The position numbers and the translations under genes are program-made. From contig JAWLAB010000003.1 of the NCBI GenBank assembly GCA_041395665.1, forward strand, positions 98,961-162,960: a DNA stretch of 64,000 bases. The letters are read 5' to 3'. The notes beneath the pieces are model-generated. The model was not told where the DNA came from, searched no databases, and was given only the letters and a program-made list of their open reading frames with translations. Below are positions 10,061 through 22,625 of this stretch, in pieces (within the stretch, counting starts at the first letter, position 1; each line of letters opens with the position of its first letter). The stretch is from Pseudomonadales bacterium (GTDB taxonomy: Bacteria; Pseudomonadota; Gammaproteobacteria; Pseudomonadales; UBA7239).

Positions 10061-10687
10061 ATGAAGAAAGTTATCTCGCTTGTTTTTCTTATGAGCGCAT
10101 TCTCACTTTTACAAACAGCGCAAGCCGATGCGCTGCAAGACTTGCTTGCATTATTGGAGCCAGTCAAAGGTATTCAGGCTGATTTTGTGCAGGAAGTGGT
10201 TAACGCCAAAGGTGAAGTGCAGCAGCAGAATAAAGGTGAATTGAAAGCCAAAGAGCCCAATCAGTTTTATTGGAAAACATCTGATCCGTTCCCGCAAGAA
10301 ATCATGACGGATGGTAAAACGCTGTGGGTGTACGACCCAGACTTGCAGCAAGTCGCGGTCAAGCCTTTTGAAGAAAATTACAGCAAAACACCAGCGATGT
10401 TATTTGCTGGCAATGCGGTGGCGATCAGCCAGCAATTTACGGTTGAAAAAATCAACGGTGTAGTGCAAGGCTTCCGCCTGCTGCCCAAACAGCAACGCGA
10501 TTTGTTCTTGTCCTTGGATTTAGTGTTTGAAAACTCTGTGCCTGCCAGCATGACGATTCAAGATGCTATGCAGCAAAAAACCACCATTTCGTTTAGTCAA
10601 GTAACGGTCAATCCTTCATTGGTAAGTGATCTGTTTCATTTTGTGCCACCTGCTGGCGTTGAAGTTTTACAAACAAAAGCACAGTAA
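10061..10687 (+). CDS. lolA: outer-membrane lipoprotein carrier protein LolA
   Basis: 208 aa with a signal peptide. F.Q and W.YDP.L.Q type LolA blocks are present, and the ftsK-lolA-rarA-serS order is conserved. Confidence 0.9.
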   Translation: MKKVISLVFLMSAFSLLQTAQADALQDLLALLEPVKGIQADFVQEVVNAKGEVQQQNKGELKAKEPNQFYWKTSDPFPQEIMTDGKTLWVYDPDLQQVAVKPFEENYSKTPAMLFAGNAVAISQQFTVEKINGVVQGFRLLPKQQRDLFLSLDLVFENSVPASMTIQDAMQQKTTISFSQVTVNPSLVSDLFHFVPPAGVEVLQTKAQ

Positions 10688-12045
10688 TGGCTGATTTGTT
10701 CGACAAAGATATTCACGCTGCTCAACCTTTGGCTGCACGCCAAAGGCCGCAAGTGTTGGATCACTATGTTGGGCAATCACATTTGTTGGCGCAGGGAAAA
10801 GCGCTGCGTGAAGTGATCGAGAAAGGCCATCTACATTCCATGATTTTTTGGGGCCCTCCTGGTGTCGGTAAAACCACCTTGGCGCGATTGCTGGCAGCCC
10901 ATGTGCAGGCACACTTCATTGCCATCTCCGCTGTTTTTTCTGGTGTGAAAGAAATTCGTGCGGCGATGGAAGAAGCGCGCAATATGCGTGACCAATGGCA
11001 AAAACGCACGCTGCTTTTTGTGGATGAGGTACATCGCTTTAATAAATCGCAACAAGATGCTTTTTTGCCCTACATTGAAGATGGCACTGTAGTTTTTGTG
11101 GGTGCCACGACAGAAAATCCTTCCTTTGAATTGAATAATGCGCTGTTGTCGCGCTGCCGTGTTTATGTGTTGCAGGCATTGAATGAAAGCGATTTGCGTC
11201 AAGTCATTAATAATGCTTTGCAGCATGACGAAGTGTTGCTGAAAAAAAATATCAAGATAGAAGATGATGCTCTGCAAATCATGGTGCGTGCCGCACAAGG
11301 TGATGCGCGCATGGCGTTGAATCTGCTGGAAATGTCGGCAGATCTTACTGAAACACAAGCAGATGGTAATTCGCACATTACTGAGCAAGTGCTTGCGCAG
11401 ATCTTGCAAGGCAATATCCATCGTTTTGATAAGGGTGGTGAGATTTTTCACGATCAAATTTCTGCACTGCACAAAGCGGTGCGCGGCTCGTCACCTGATG
11501 CGGCTCTGTATTGGTGTTTGCGTATGTTGGATGGTGGTTGCGATCCACTGTATGTCGCGCGCCGCGTGGTGCGCATGGCGAGCGAAGATATAGGCAATGC
11601 CGATCCGCGCGCGTTAGAAATTGCGTTGAATGCGTGGCAAGTGGTTGAGCGTTTGGGCAGCCCAGAATCGGAGCTGACTTTAGCGCAGGCGGTGATTTAC
11701 ATGGCGTGCGCACCGAAAAGCAATGCGGTGTATCGCGCGTTTAATCAGGCGCGGAAATTGGTTGCAGAAGCGCCAGCGTACGATGTGCCTTTGCATATCC
11801 GCAACGCGCCAACGCATTTGATGAAAGATTTGGGTTATGGCGCGGAGTATCGTTACGCGCACGATCATCCAGACGCGTTTGTAAGTGGTGATAATTATTT
11901 TCCACCCGAACTGAAAGATACGGTCTTCTACGAGCCGACAACTCGCGGTTTGGAACAGAAAATTCGAGAAAAATTGCATTATCTGATTCAAACGAATCAA
12001 CAAAGTGCATGGCAGCGGTATGGAAAGAATGGAGGTGCAGCGTGA
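10687..12045 (+). CDS. rarA: replication-associated recombination protein A (MgsA/RarA AAA+ ATPase)
   Basis: LAARQRPQ..., Walker A GPPGVGKTT, Walker B LFVDEVHRFNK, and the MgsA C-terminal domain (YDQISALHKSVRGS-like). Confidence 0.93.
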   Translation: MADLFDKDIHAAQPLAARQRPQVLDHYVGQSHLLAQGKALREVIEKGHLHSMIFWGPPGVGKTTLARLLAAHVQAHFIAISAVFSGVKEIRAAMEEARNMRDQWQKRTLLFVDEVHRFNKSQQDAFLPYIEDGTVVFVGATTENPSFELNNALLSRCRVYVLQALNESDLRQVINNALQHDEVLLKKNIKIEDDALQIMVRAAQGDARMALNLLEMSADLTETQADGNSHITEQVLAQILQGNIHRFDKGGEIFHDQISALHKAVRGSSPDAALYWCLRMLDGGCDPLYVARRVVRMASEDIGNADPRALEIALNAWQVVERLGSPESELTLAQAVIYMACAPKSNAVYRAFNQARKLVAEAPAYDVPLHIRNAPTHLMKDLGYGAEYRYAHDHPDAFVSGDNYFPPELKDTVFYEPTTRGLEQKIREKLHYLIQTNQQSAWQRYGKNGGAA

Positions 12046-12419
12046 ATGCCGCATGGGTTGCATTAGGTGGTGGTTTAGGCGCTTTGGCGCGTTATGCCTT
12101 TATGATGTTGTTTGCAGATTTCACTCGTCACACCGTTTTTCCTTGGGTAATTTTGTCGGTCAATGTTTTAGGATCACTGTTAGCGGGTGTGGCGTTTGCG
12201 ATGGTGCATGACAAGCAGTGGCTCAGTGTTGCGCCGCAACATTTATTGATTGTTGGCGTGTTAGGCGGCTTTACGACTTACTCTGCTTTTTCTGTTGATT
12301 GTGTGCGTTTAATGCAGGCAGGGCAGTGGTTATTGGCAGGCAGTTATGTGGCATTGACTACCGTGTTGTGCTTTGCGGCAACGGCATTAGGCATGATGCT
12401 GGTTCGTCAATGGTTATAA
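12042..12419 (+). CDS. crcB: fluoride channel CrcB/FluC
   Basis: GTG 12042 overlaps the rarA stop (GTGA). 125 aa: ALGGGLGALARY...GVLGGFTTYSAFS, the CrcB signature. Confidence 0.85.
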   Translation: MNAAWVALGGGLGALARYAFMMLFADFTRHTVFPWVILSVNVLGSLLAGVAFAMVHDKQWLSVAPQHLLIVGVLGGFTTYSAFSVDCVRLMQAGQWLLAGSYVALTTVLCFAATALGMMLVRQWL

Positions 12420-12441
12420 TTTTTTTTGATATTTTTTCTGA

Positions 12442-13734
<1,293 letters not shown>

Positions 13735-13737
13735 TTG

Positions 13738-14190
13738 ATGACCCATGCGCCTGTTAAAACGCCTTGTATTGGCGTGTGTTCAACCGGCATAGGCGACACG
13801 GTCTGCCGAGGGTGCAAGCGTTTCTCGCACGAAGTCATTGCGTGGAATGCTTACTCGCAAGCTGAACGACGCGCCGTTTTGCAGCGCATTGATCAGCTAT
13901 TGGAAATGATTGTTGCGCGTTGGTTGATTGTTGAAGATAAGGAAGTATTGCGTCATCAGCTACAAATGCAACAAATCGGGTTTGATCCTGCGCGTGCACC
14001 AGCCAGCTGGGTAGTTGAGTTGTTAAAGGCAGGCTCTAGTCAGATTGATGAACCTGGGCAATATGGTTTAACGCTTTCTCAACAGGCGCAGGGGACGTCT
14101 CTGCGTGAGTTGCGCGATCTCATCGAAAAAGAATTTTATGAATTGTCTTGCGCGCACTATGAGCGCTATTTCAAACACGCGGCTTTGTAA
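13738..14190 (+). CDS. DUF1289-like Cys-cluster protein
   Basis: The N-terminus TPCIGVCSTGIGDTVCRGCKRFSHEVIAWN matches the C-x3-C...C-x2-C pattern of DUF1289 proteins. The C-terminal ~90 aa are unassigned. Confidence 0.5.
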   Translation: MTHAPVKTPCIGVCSTGIGDTVCRGCKRFSHEVIAWNAYSQAERRAVLQRIDQLLEMIVARWLIVEDKEVLRHQLQMQQIGFDPARAPASWVVELLKAGSSQIDEPGQYGLTLSQQAQGTSLRELRDLIEKEFYELSCAHYERYFKHAAL

Positions 14191-14208
14191 TTTTAAAATG
14201 TAATTGTT

Positions 14209-14826
14209 ATGGCCACAGTTGATATCACTCCCATTACAGATTTTTTGCATTGTCGAACACCGCAGGCGTGGATTGATCGCGCGTTATGCGAACAGGAATT
14301 GTTGCTGATTGATCACGCCAATTGTGAAAAGAAAGCAGCTTCCACGGCGCTTGGTTTAATGTATCGCCATACGGATCAATATGAGTTGTTGCAGAAGTTG
14401 TCGCGCTTGGCGCGAGAGGAGCTGCGTCATTTTGAGCAAGTGGCTGCCATCATGAAAAAGCGCGGCATAGCCTATGTCACGACCACTGCATCGCGTTATG
14501 CAGCGAGTTTGCATGAGCATGTGCATAAACGAGACCCAGATAGGTTGGTCGATACGCTGATTCTCGGCGCGATTATTGAGGCGCGTTCATGTGAGCGATT
14601 TGCTGCGCTTGCGCCACACTTGGATGCTGCACTGCAAAAATTTTACCTCTCGCTATTGCAGTCAGAGTCGCGCCATTTTCAAGATTATTTGACGCTGGCG
14701 AGAAAAATAGCGACTGATGATATTGGTCAGCGTGTTGATTTCTTTCTGCAGCAAGAGCGACTGTTGATTGAGTCTCCGGATCCACATTTTCGTTTTCACA
14801 GTGGTGTGCCGCAGCTCACTGCTTAG
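14209..14826 (+). CDS. miaE: tRNA-(ms2io6A)-hydroxylase MiaE (diiron)
   Basis: 205 aa. Ferritin-like diiron motifs DHANCEKKAA, EELRHFEQV, IEARSCERF and ESRHFQDY are as in MiaE. Confidence 0.8.
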   Translation: MATVDITPITDFLHCRTPQAWIDRALCEQELLLIDHANCEKKAASTALGLMYRHTDQYELLQKLSRLAREELRHFEQVAAIMKKRGIAYVTTTASRYAASLHEHVHKRDPDRLVDTLILGAIIEARSCERFAALAPHLDAALQKFYLSLLQSESRHFQDYLTLARKIATDDIGQRVDFFLQQERLLIESPDPHFRFHSGVPQLTA

Positions 14827-15835
14827 GCGGCATAAAATCTTTTTCCAGCATTGCTGTAATTTTTTCTGCTGCAATAGCATGCCCGATAGCATTGGGATGC
14901 GTGTCGTCTTTTGGGTGAGGGCGCAATGACTCGTAAGGATGTGTGCTGAAGTCATTGAGCAAATCAATATGCGTGATGCCATTAGTTTGTAAAGTGCTAT
15001 TTACCTGTTGATGTATATCTCGCATGGGGTAATTGTTGAAATCAAGCAGCAATGGGAAAACGACGGTGGCAAACTTTGCGCCATCTTCCTGAGTCATTGT
15101 TTTTAAATCGCCCAGAGCCTGTGTCGTTGCATTCCATAAGTTTGGGTTAGCATAGATGCTTTGGTAATTATTTTTCTGATCAAATCGTTGAGTAATACTT
15201 TTCCATTGCAAAAAAATCCAAGCGCCTAATTGTGAGTGTTTAGCGAGTGTTTGGAAGGATGATGCTTGCTGTTTTGCACTGCCGACACTTTTCACGACAA
15301 AAGCCGATGGAATGGGGTCATTCAAAACATAGGCGAGCAACACAATGTCTGGCTTGTATTCATGCACGCGTGTTTTGTAGAGCTCTAATTCAGCGACAGT
15401 GCTGTATCCGTTAACGGCGAAATTTAATACTTCTGCAGGATAGCCATCAGCATTGAGTTGTTTTTCCACTAAACGCGCAAAGGTTTGTTCTAAAGGCACG
15501 CTGTAGCCGTAAGCAACGGAATCACCGAGGATGGCGATGCGTGTCACACCAGTTGTTTTATGTGCTGGAAAGTCAGCACCGCGAAAGCCTGCACTGTTGA
15601 TATTTGGGTCTTTGCGATCGAACTCCATGAATAACACAGGGTTGCTACTGCGGATAAGTTTTGCATTGAAGCGTTTGTTAGGCGTATCGCCTTTATCCAT
15701 GGTTTTTTGGTTAAAAACAGAGAGATAGCCGAAAGATTGCAGCGCGCGAATGCTGTACTCAGCAAAGATGGCTGTGAACAGCAGGGATAAGAGTGTAATG
15801 CTGAGATTGATAAGAAAAGAGCGCACAGTCATCAA
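14816..15835 (-). CDS. membrane-anchored SGNH/GDSL hydrolase
   Basis: N-terminal TM helix. SGNH blocks are ILGDSVAYG (I), NFAVNGYST (II), VLNDP (III) and DDTHPNAIGH (V). Confidence 0.7.
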   Translation of the reverse strand: MMTVRSFLINLSITLLSLLFTAIFAEYSIRALQSFGYLSVFNQKTMDKGDTPNKRFNAKLIRSSNPVLFMEFDRKDPNINSAGFRGADFPAHKTTGVTRIAILGDSVAYGYSVPLEQTFARLVEKQLNADGYPAEVLNFAVNGYSTVAELELYKTRVHEYKPDIVLLAYVLNDPIPSAFVVKSVGSAKQQASSFQTLAKHSQLGAWIFLQWKSITQRFDQKNNYQSIYANPNLWNATTQALGDLKTMTQEDGAKFATVVFPLLLDFNNYPMRDIHQQVNSTLQTNGITHIDLLNDFSTHPYESLRPHPKDDTHPNAIGHAIAAEKITAMLEKDFMPPKQ

Positions 15836-15951
15836 TGCTAATAAAGGCGTATTCCGCTAGACTGTAACAGTGTTTCTGGCGTGTGAAAACCTGCGAATGC
15901 TTGAGCGTCACGCGCCACATCTTGTATCGCGCCCTGAAAGAGGAACAGAAC

Positions 15952-18102
15952 ATGATTTACCAAGGCAACGCCATCAAAGTATCACAGCAGGCGGACGGCT
16001 TCGCCGAGTTGCAGTTTGATTTAACCGGCGAATCCATCAATAAATTTAATGTCGCCACTTTGGATGAGCTGGCTGCTGCACTGGCTGCTCTGCGCAAAGC
16101 CTCAGGTGTAAAGGGCTTGGTGCTGACCAGTGCCAAATCCGTGTTTATTGTGGGTGCCGATATCACCGAATTTAACGGGGTGTTTTCGCGCGGTAACGAA
16201 GCCATTGCTGCGTATCTGTCTCGCGCCAATGATATTTTCAGCGAATTGGAATCGCTGCCATTTCCCACAGTGGTTGCAATCAATGGCTACGCCTTGGGCG
16301 GTGGCTGGGAAGTGTGTTTGGCTTGCGATTTTCGTGTGATGAGTGATGCGGCGCGCGTGGGTTTGCCAGAAACAAAACTCGGCATCATTCCTGGTTTCGG
16401 CGGCACAGTGCGTCTGCCGCGTGTGTTGGGCGTTGATCATGCGATTGAATGGATTGCCGGAGGCGCGGAACAAAAACCTGCGCATGCACTGGAAGTGGGT
16501 GCAGTGGATGCCGTTGTGTCTGCGGATATTTTGCGCGATGCTGCGTTTGATTTGTGCGCACAAGCTGCGACCGGAACATTTAATTACGCCGAGCGTCGCC
16601 AAGAAAAAAACAGCGCGCTGCCTTTGAGCGATCTCGAATTGATGATGGCATTCACCACCGGTAAAGCGGTGGTTGCTGCGCAAGCGGGCAAAAACTTTCC
16701 GGCGCCGATGGCGGCGGTGAATGCGATGGAAAAAGCGGCAAGAATGTCGCGTGATGAAGCAGTCAAAGTAGAAACGGATGCGTTTCTTAGTGTGGCGCTC
16801 ACGCCGCAAGCACAAGCATTGATCGGTATTTTTCTGAATGATCAAGCATTGGCTAAAACAGCCAAGACTTGGGAGAAGAAAGCATCTAAACCGGTTACAC
16901 ATGCAGCCGTTCTCGGTGCGGGCATCATGGGTGGCGGCATCGCGTATCAATCAGCCTACAAAGGTGTGCCGGTGGTGATGAAAGATATTGCACAACACGG
17001 CATCGATTTGGGTTTGGCAGAAGCGAATAAATTGCTGACCAAACAAGTCGAAAAAGGACGCATGAAACCTGCGGTGATGGGCGATACTTTGAATCGCATT
17101 GTACCGACTTTGTCTTACGAGCCTGTGAAGCAAGTGGATATCGTGGTTGAAGCAGTCGTTGAAAATGTCAAAGTCAAACAATCGGTTTTGTCGGAAGTAG
17201 AAAAATATTTGGACGATGATGCGATTGTTGCTTCCAATACCTCCACGATTTCAATTTCTTTGTTAGCAGAAAGTTTGCAGCGCCCACAAAACTTTTGCGG
17301 CATGCACTTTTTTAATCCTGTGCATGCCATGCCCTTGGTAGAAGTGATTCGCGGTAAGAAAACATCGGATGATGCGGTGGCGCGCACGGTGGCTTACGCC
17401 AATACCATGGGCAAAAAAGCGATCGTAGTGAATGATTGCCCTGGCTTTTTGGTCAACCGTGTACTGTTTCCTTATTTCGCAGGTTTTGTGCAGTTGGTCA
17501 AAGATGGCGCGGATTTTCAACAGATTGATAGCGTGATGGAAAAATGGGGCTGGCCGATGGGCCCTGCTTTCTTGTGCGATGTGGTGGGTATTGATACCTG
17601 TGTTCACGCAGCGCATGTGTTGGCGGATGGTTTTCCTGATCGTATGAAGCCTAACTTCAAAACAGCGCTGGAAATCATGTATGACAACAAACGCCTCGGT
17701 CAAAAAAATGGCGTCGGTTTTTACAATCACGAAAAAGATAAAAAAGGTAAGCCGGTAAAAGTGGCAAAAGAAGAAGTGTATGCACTGTTAGCGCCGGAAG
17801 TGGCGGAGCGAAAAGTGTTTTCTGATGAAGAAATTATCGCGCGCATGATGGTGCCTATGTGTACGGAAATGGCGCGCTGCTTGGATGAGAAAATTGTAGA
17901 GAGTGCGGTCGAAGCCGATATGGCATTGATCTACGGTTTAGGCTTCCCTGTATTTCGCGGCGGCGTTTGCCGTTGGATGGATGCAATTGGCATGCAGGCA
18001 TTTGTTGAAATGGCGGATCGTTATTCTGCGCTGGGTAAATTGTATGAACCGACAGTCAGTCAGCGCGCCATGGCAGCCAATCAACAAAAATATTTTGCGT
18101 AA
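15952..18102 (+). CDS. fadB: fatty-acid oxidation complex alpha subunit (enoyl-CoA hydratase / 3-hydroxyacyl-CoA dehydrogenase)
   Basis: [10 protein letters not shown]... start with a GAGGAA RBS. Crotonase domain followed by the NAD-binding motif [13 protein letters not shown]. 716 aa. Confidence 0.93.
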   Translation: MIYQGNAIKVSQQADGFAELQFDLTGESINKFNVATLDELAAALAALRKASGVKGLVLTSAKSVFIVGADITEFNGVFSRGNEAIAAYLSRANDIFSELESLPFPTVVAINGYALGGGWEVCLACDFRVMSDAARVGLPETKLGIIPGFGGTVRLPRVLGVDHAIEWIAGGAEQKPAHALEVGAVDAVVSADILRDAAFDLCAQAATGTFNYAERRQEKNSALPLSDLELMMAFTTGKAVVAAQAGKNFPAPMAAVNAMEKAARMSRDEAVKVETDAFLSVALTPQAQALIGIFLNDQALAKTAKTWEKKASKPVTHAAVLGAGIMGGGIAYQSAYKGVPVVMKDIAQHGIDLGLAEANKLLTKQVEKGRMKPAVMGDTLNRIVPTLSYEPVKQVDIVVEAVVENVKVKQSVLSEVEKYLDDDAIVASNTSTISISLLAESLQRPQNFCGMHFFNPVHAMPLVEVIRGKKTSDDAVARTVAYANTMGKKAIVVNDCPGFLVNRVLFPYFAGFVQLVKDGADFQQIDSVMEKWGWPMGPAFLCDVVGIDTCVHAAHVLADGFPDRMKPNFKTALEIMYDNKRLGQKNGVGFYNHEKDKKGKPVKVAKEEVYALLAPEVAERKVFSDEEIIARMMVPMCTEMARCLDEKIVESAVEADMALIYGLGFPVFRGGVCRWMDAIGMQAFVEMADRYSALGKLYEPTVSQRAMAANQQKYFA

Positions 18103-18105
18103 TAG

Positions 18106-19320
<1,215 letters not shown>

Positions 19321-19326
19321 ATTTTC

Positions 19327-20610
19327 ATGCAAAAACCATCAATAAAAACACTGGCACTGTCGTTTGTTCAGGATTACCTGCCCAATAAGCCAGTGTTGGC
19401 ATTGATGGCTGCTTGTGAGTTTTCCGATCAGGATAATTTGCAGCGCGCATGTGTCACGGATCAGTGTGATGCGTTGCAGGCTTTGCTTGCACAAGAAAAA
19501 ACTTTAGAAGACATTGCGTCGGCATTGCAGATTGCTGTTTTAGATTTTTCGCGCCCGTTACATTTGCAGCCCGTTTTTATTCCTAAACCTTGGGGTCAGG
19601 AAATTTGGTATACGGGAATTGAGGAACGCGGCGTTGCGTCGGTGGTCAGTGCAAGCGGCTCAACACCGCTGTCTTGGTTGCTGGCTTTGTCGCGCCAGAG
19701 TGTGTTGGGGAATCAAGAACAGATTAATTTATTGAAAATTCTTGATCCATTACCCGACGAGGTCTTTGGCGATTTGTATTTTGAATTGCATGAAAAAAAA
19801 CGCGAAGTGTATATCGTCACGCATGTGGATAAAAAAGCGTGGCCGGATGGCGTAGGTGCAATTCGTTACGGTTTTTCTGCAGAAAAACGCCAACTGTATT
19901 CCAGTGACGATGCGTTTTTGGCAGCGTATAAGCAGTCTGTGAGTGAGTACGCAAAAATTCGTCGAGAAATAGATGCTCAGTTAGATGTCATGCGTGAACG
20001 AGATGGCATTGCCTTGAATGCGCCTGTGAGCGCAGGGCAACTACAGTCATGGCTTGCGCAGATTTCTGTAGAGATGCAAATACAAGAAGCTACTCTGCGT
20101 AAAACAATGGAGAGTTTTACCGCCTTGCGCAACTTGCGAGAGGGCGATGTATTGGCTGTCCCCTTGCGCACGCCGCATGCCTTGCAACACGGTGTGCGCA
20201 CGGTCGAGTTTCAAACGCCCGTTTACGAAAGAAAAATTCTCTCTTTTGCGCAGAAAGTGTTGACCCAAGCACATTGGGATACTGATGCAGCATTACAAAT
20301 TGCTCAGCTAGAAACACCGCCCGATCAGTCTTTTCCTTTGTTATTGGATAAAGACGGTGTGCTGTTAGAGCAAATTGTTCAGTTTGAAGATTTTATCGTG
20401 CAGCGTTTAGTGCTTGCTGCGCATGCTGAGTATCGCTGTGAAACAGCAGGCAGTTATGTCTTAGCGATGACCGTAGTGGGTAGTGTGGATTGCGCTGGAT
20501 CTGTATTGAGCGCTGAGAAAGCGTGTTTGATTCCAGCTTGTTTGGACAGTGTGTTATTAAAAAATGCATCTTCTAACGCGGCGACAGTTCTGTTGGCACG
20601 ACCGCTATAA
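19327..20610 (+). CDS. hypothetical protein, type I phosphomannose-isomerase-like cupin
   Basis: 427 aa. The KPWGQEIWYTGIE block and a later PHALQHGVRTVEFQTP block resemble PMI/cupin motifs, but the canonical QVHP block is replaced (ELHEKKREVYIV). Confidence 0.35.
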   Translation: MQKPSIKTLALSFVQDYLPNKPVLALMAACEFSDQDNLQRACVTDQCDALQALLAQEKTLEDIASALQIAVLDFSRPLHLQPVFIPKPWGQEIWYTGIEERGVASVVSASGSTPLSWLLALSRQSVLGNQEQINLLKILDPLPDEVFGDLYFELHEKKREVYIVTHVDKKAWPDGVGAIRYGFSAEKRQLYSSDDAFLAAYKQSVSEYAKIRREIDAQLDVMRERDGIALNAPVSAGQLQSWLAQISVEMQIQEATLRKTMESFTALRNLREGDVLAVPLRTPHALQHGVRTVEFQTPVYERKILSFAQKVLTQAHWDTDAALQIAQLETPPDQSFPLLLDKDGVLLEQIVQFEDFIVQRLVLAAHAEYRCETAGSYVLAMTVVGSVDCAGSVLSAEKACLIPACLDSVLLKNASSNAATVLLARPL

Positions 20611-20629
20611 ATCGAAGAATAAAAAAAAA

Positions 20630-20944
20630 TTAAATACAGTTATCAGGTTTTGGCAAACCAGCAATTTTAGCCGCGAGTTTTGCTGGGCTTCCTGGGAATA
20701 GCTGTAGAAGATAAATGCTGCTCGATTTTTCTGCACCTAGCGTGGCTTTTAGATATTTGCAGAGCGGGCGCATCGCCGGTGAAAGTCCAAATTGCTGATA
20801 AAAGCTTCGCAGTGCGTGAATCACTTCCCAGTGTGCGGTGGTGAGAGCGATGTTTGATTGTTCAGCCAGTGTATTGGCAACGGCTTCATTCCAATCAGCT
20901 AGATTCAGTAAATAGCCTTCTTCATCGCAAGCGGGCGCACTCAT
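20630..20944 (-). CDS. tusE: sulfurtransferase TusE (DsrC family)
   Basis: 104 aa with the DsrC/TusE fold pattern and a C-terminal PKPDNCI (conserved penultimate-arm Cys). Confidence 0.85.
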   Translation of the reverse strand: MSAPACDEEGYLLNLADWNEAVANTLAEQSNIALTTAHWEVIHALRSFYQQFGLSPAMRPLCKYLKATLGAEKSSSIYLLQLFPGSPAKLAAKIAGLPKPDNCI

Positions 20945-21240
20945 ACAAACCAGCTAATCACTTTTTTATGCTGGCAGCTCATAGCAACAAAATCATCATC
21001 AGTGGCTTTTTGTGCTTTATCGCTATGCGAATGCAGGCCGCGTGCTTGCGCGTCTCTTTCCAAATAAAACAGGCTGACTTTGGCTTGTGATGCAGCTTGC
21101 AGAAAGTGGTTGTCTGTGAGGTTGTAAACCCCGTTTTCAATCAGCAGAATGCTGTCGCCTTGTGCAGTGCTGCGCAGCAAGCGAGCAATAAGGTCAGTGT
21201 TTTCTCGTGCAGAAACATTCAAGGTGTGCAGTGAATTCAT
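20941..21240 (-). CDS. tusB: sulfurtransferase complex subunit TusB (DsrH family)
   Basis: 99 aa, located between tusC and tusE. 4-nt start/stop overlaps on both sides. Confidence 0.75.
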   Translation of the reverse strand: MNSLHTLNVSARENTDLIARLLRSTAQGDSILLIENGVYNLTDNHFLQAASQAKVSLFYLERDAQARGLHSHSDKAQKATDDDFVAMSCQHKKVISWFV

Positions 21241-21605
21241 AGCGCCACCACACAGTCTGCGTGCTGGAATATTGCTGGGATCTGCTCTGCCTGCAATGGC
21301 GTTACTGTGATGGACAGCTGCTGCGCTGTGAGTTGTCGTTCATCTAAAGATTGTTGATCGACATAAACAGAATGGATGTTGTAATACTCCAGAGCGTGCA
21401 AAAGTTTCTCGATGTTTTTTCTGTCGATGAGTTCGCTGTGTTGATCTGGTAGTAGCGACCAAACGCCATCACCACTAAAAAGTAGTTGCACATTTTGTTC
21501 AAATGCTGCGGCTGCCAATGCTGCATCCAGTGTTTCTTGCGTAGCGGTGCTGCCATAGGGTGAGCGCTGCAACACAAAGAGAATGGTTTTTTGTGATGGC
21601 TGCAT
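21237..21605 (-). CDS. tusC: sulfurtransferase complex subunit TusC (DsrF family)
   Basis: MQPSQKTILFVLQRSPYGS..., a DsrE/F-like fold. ATG 21605 is preferred over the upstream TTG at 21617. Confidence 0.8.
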   Translation of the reverse strand: MQPSQKTILFVLQRSPYGSTATQETLDAALAAAAFEQNVQLLFSGDGVWSLLPDQHSELIDRKNIEKLLHALEYYNIHSVYVDQQSLDERQLTAQQLSITVTPLQAEQIPAIFQHADCVVAL

Positions 21606-21609
21606 GGCT

Positions 21610-21999
21610 CTACCCAAAAGTAATCAGGCGATCGCTATTGATGATGGCGTCGGTCAGCAAGCCTAAGCCGCCAATGGGGATTTGTGCCGAGGCATTGCTT
21701 CCTATTTTCTTCCAGCGTTGACTCTCTTTTTCGTCAACGATGCCGCGCTTGAGCGCAGCAGAAACGCAAGTTGTCGCGTCGATATTGTGTGCAAGGCAAA
21801 ACTGCTGCCACGCTTCTGGAATATTGCGTTCATCCTGCGGTGCAATGGCATAAGTATTGGCGTTTTGTACGCCGTCACGAAAAAAGAAAATGCGGTAAAT
21901 GGAATGCCCACTGTTTAGCGCAGCTGTAGCAAAGCGTAGCGCAGTTGCAGGCGCTTCGCTGTTGCTGGCAGATGCGGTAATGAGCAGTGCAAATTTCAC
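21610..21999 (-). CDS. tusD: sulfurtransferase complex subunit TusD (DsrE family)
   Basis: 129 aa: MKFALLITASA...RIFFFRDGV...ATTCVSAALKRG, with the conserved active Cys context. Confidence 0.85.
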   Translation of the reverse strand: MKFALLITASASNSEAPATALRFATAALNSGHSIYRIFFFRDGVQNANTYAIAPQDERNIPEAWQQFCLAHNIDATTCVSAALKRGIVDEKESQRWKKIGSNASAQIPIGGLGLLTDAIINSDRLITFG

Positions 22000-22001
22000 G
22001 C

Positions 22002-22625
22002 TTACGCCTCAAGCAGTGCCAGTGTGGCGTTATAAATCGCTTTTCGACGAAAAATAAAATCCAAACGCGAGCCACCTAGTTGTCGCCACAAAATAGCGGA
22101 GCGCACGCCGCTGAGCAGCGCAGTGCGAATTTGATTGGCGATACTGTCTTGCTTTAATAAATCGGGTTTGCCGTTGACTTGCACGCGAAAATTAAAAGTG
22201 CTGAGCGTGTCGGAATACAAACCGGCAATGCTGGAATACACTTGGCTGCTCACTTCATTGCCTTGCAGTTCAATCTGTCTTTGCACTTGTTGCAGCCTGC
22301 CGCGCAGTGTGGAGAGCATGTTTTCATCGCGCATTAACTGTTTTTGTAGGTGCAACATACTGGCACAGTAGCGCAGCGTTTCTGCATTACTGTTGGTGTC
22401 GCGCTCAAAGGCTTCACGCACCGTTTTTAATCCGAGTGTGAGATGCTGGCGATCAATAAAAATGCTTTCTGTGTCATCTGCATCGAGTTTCAAAATACTG
22501 TGTACCGCGCATTGCATGGCTTGAGCATCTGCGCTGCCGTTACGCGCTAATTGGCTCACCAGTGCAGCAGCTTGTGCGATGCCGGCCAGAGCCAGTGTTT
22601 GATTCATAACCAGTGTGTTGCTCAT
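22002..22625 (-). CDS. hflD: high-frequency-of-lysogenization protein HflD
   Basis: The start at [20 protein letters not shown] overlaps the mnmA stop (ATGA). About 207 aa, in the conserved mnmA-hflD order. Confidence 0.85.
   Translation of the reverse strand: MSNTLVMNQTLALAGIAQAAALVSQLARNGSADAQAMQCAVHSILKLDADDTESIFIDRQHLTLGLKTVREAFERDTNSNAETLRYCASMLHLQKQLMRDENMLSTLRGRLQQVQRQIELQGNEVSSQVYSSIAGLYSDTLSTFNFRVQVNGKPDLLKQDSIANQIRTALLSGVRSAILWRQLGGSRLDFIFRRKAIYNATLALLEA

Noticed and set aside
12000-12045. Looked for a fluoride (crcB-motif) riboswitch upstream of crcB.
   Set aside because: The crcB GTG start overlaps the rarA stop codon (GTGA), so there is no leader in which a riboswitch could reside.
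15860-15905. Small palindromes upstream of fadB (ACTGTaACAGT and GTTTC-N8-GAAAAC) as possible FadR/PsrA operators.
   Set aside because: The spacing and half-site sequence do not match the PsrA (AAAC-Nx-GTTT) or LexA (CTGT-N8-ACAG) consensus as I remember them. The match is too weak to assert.
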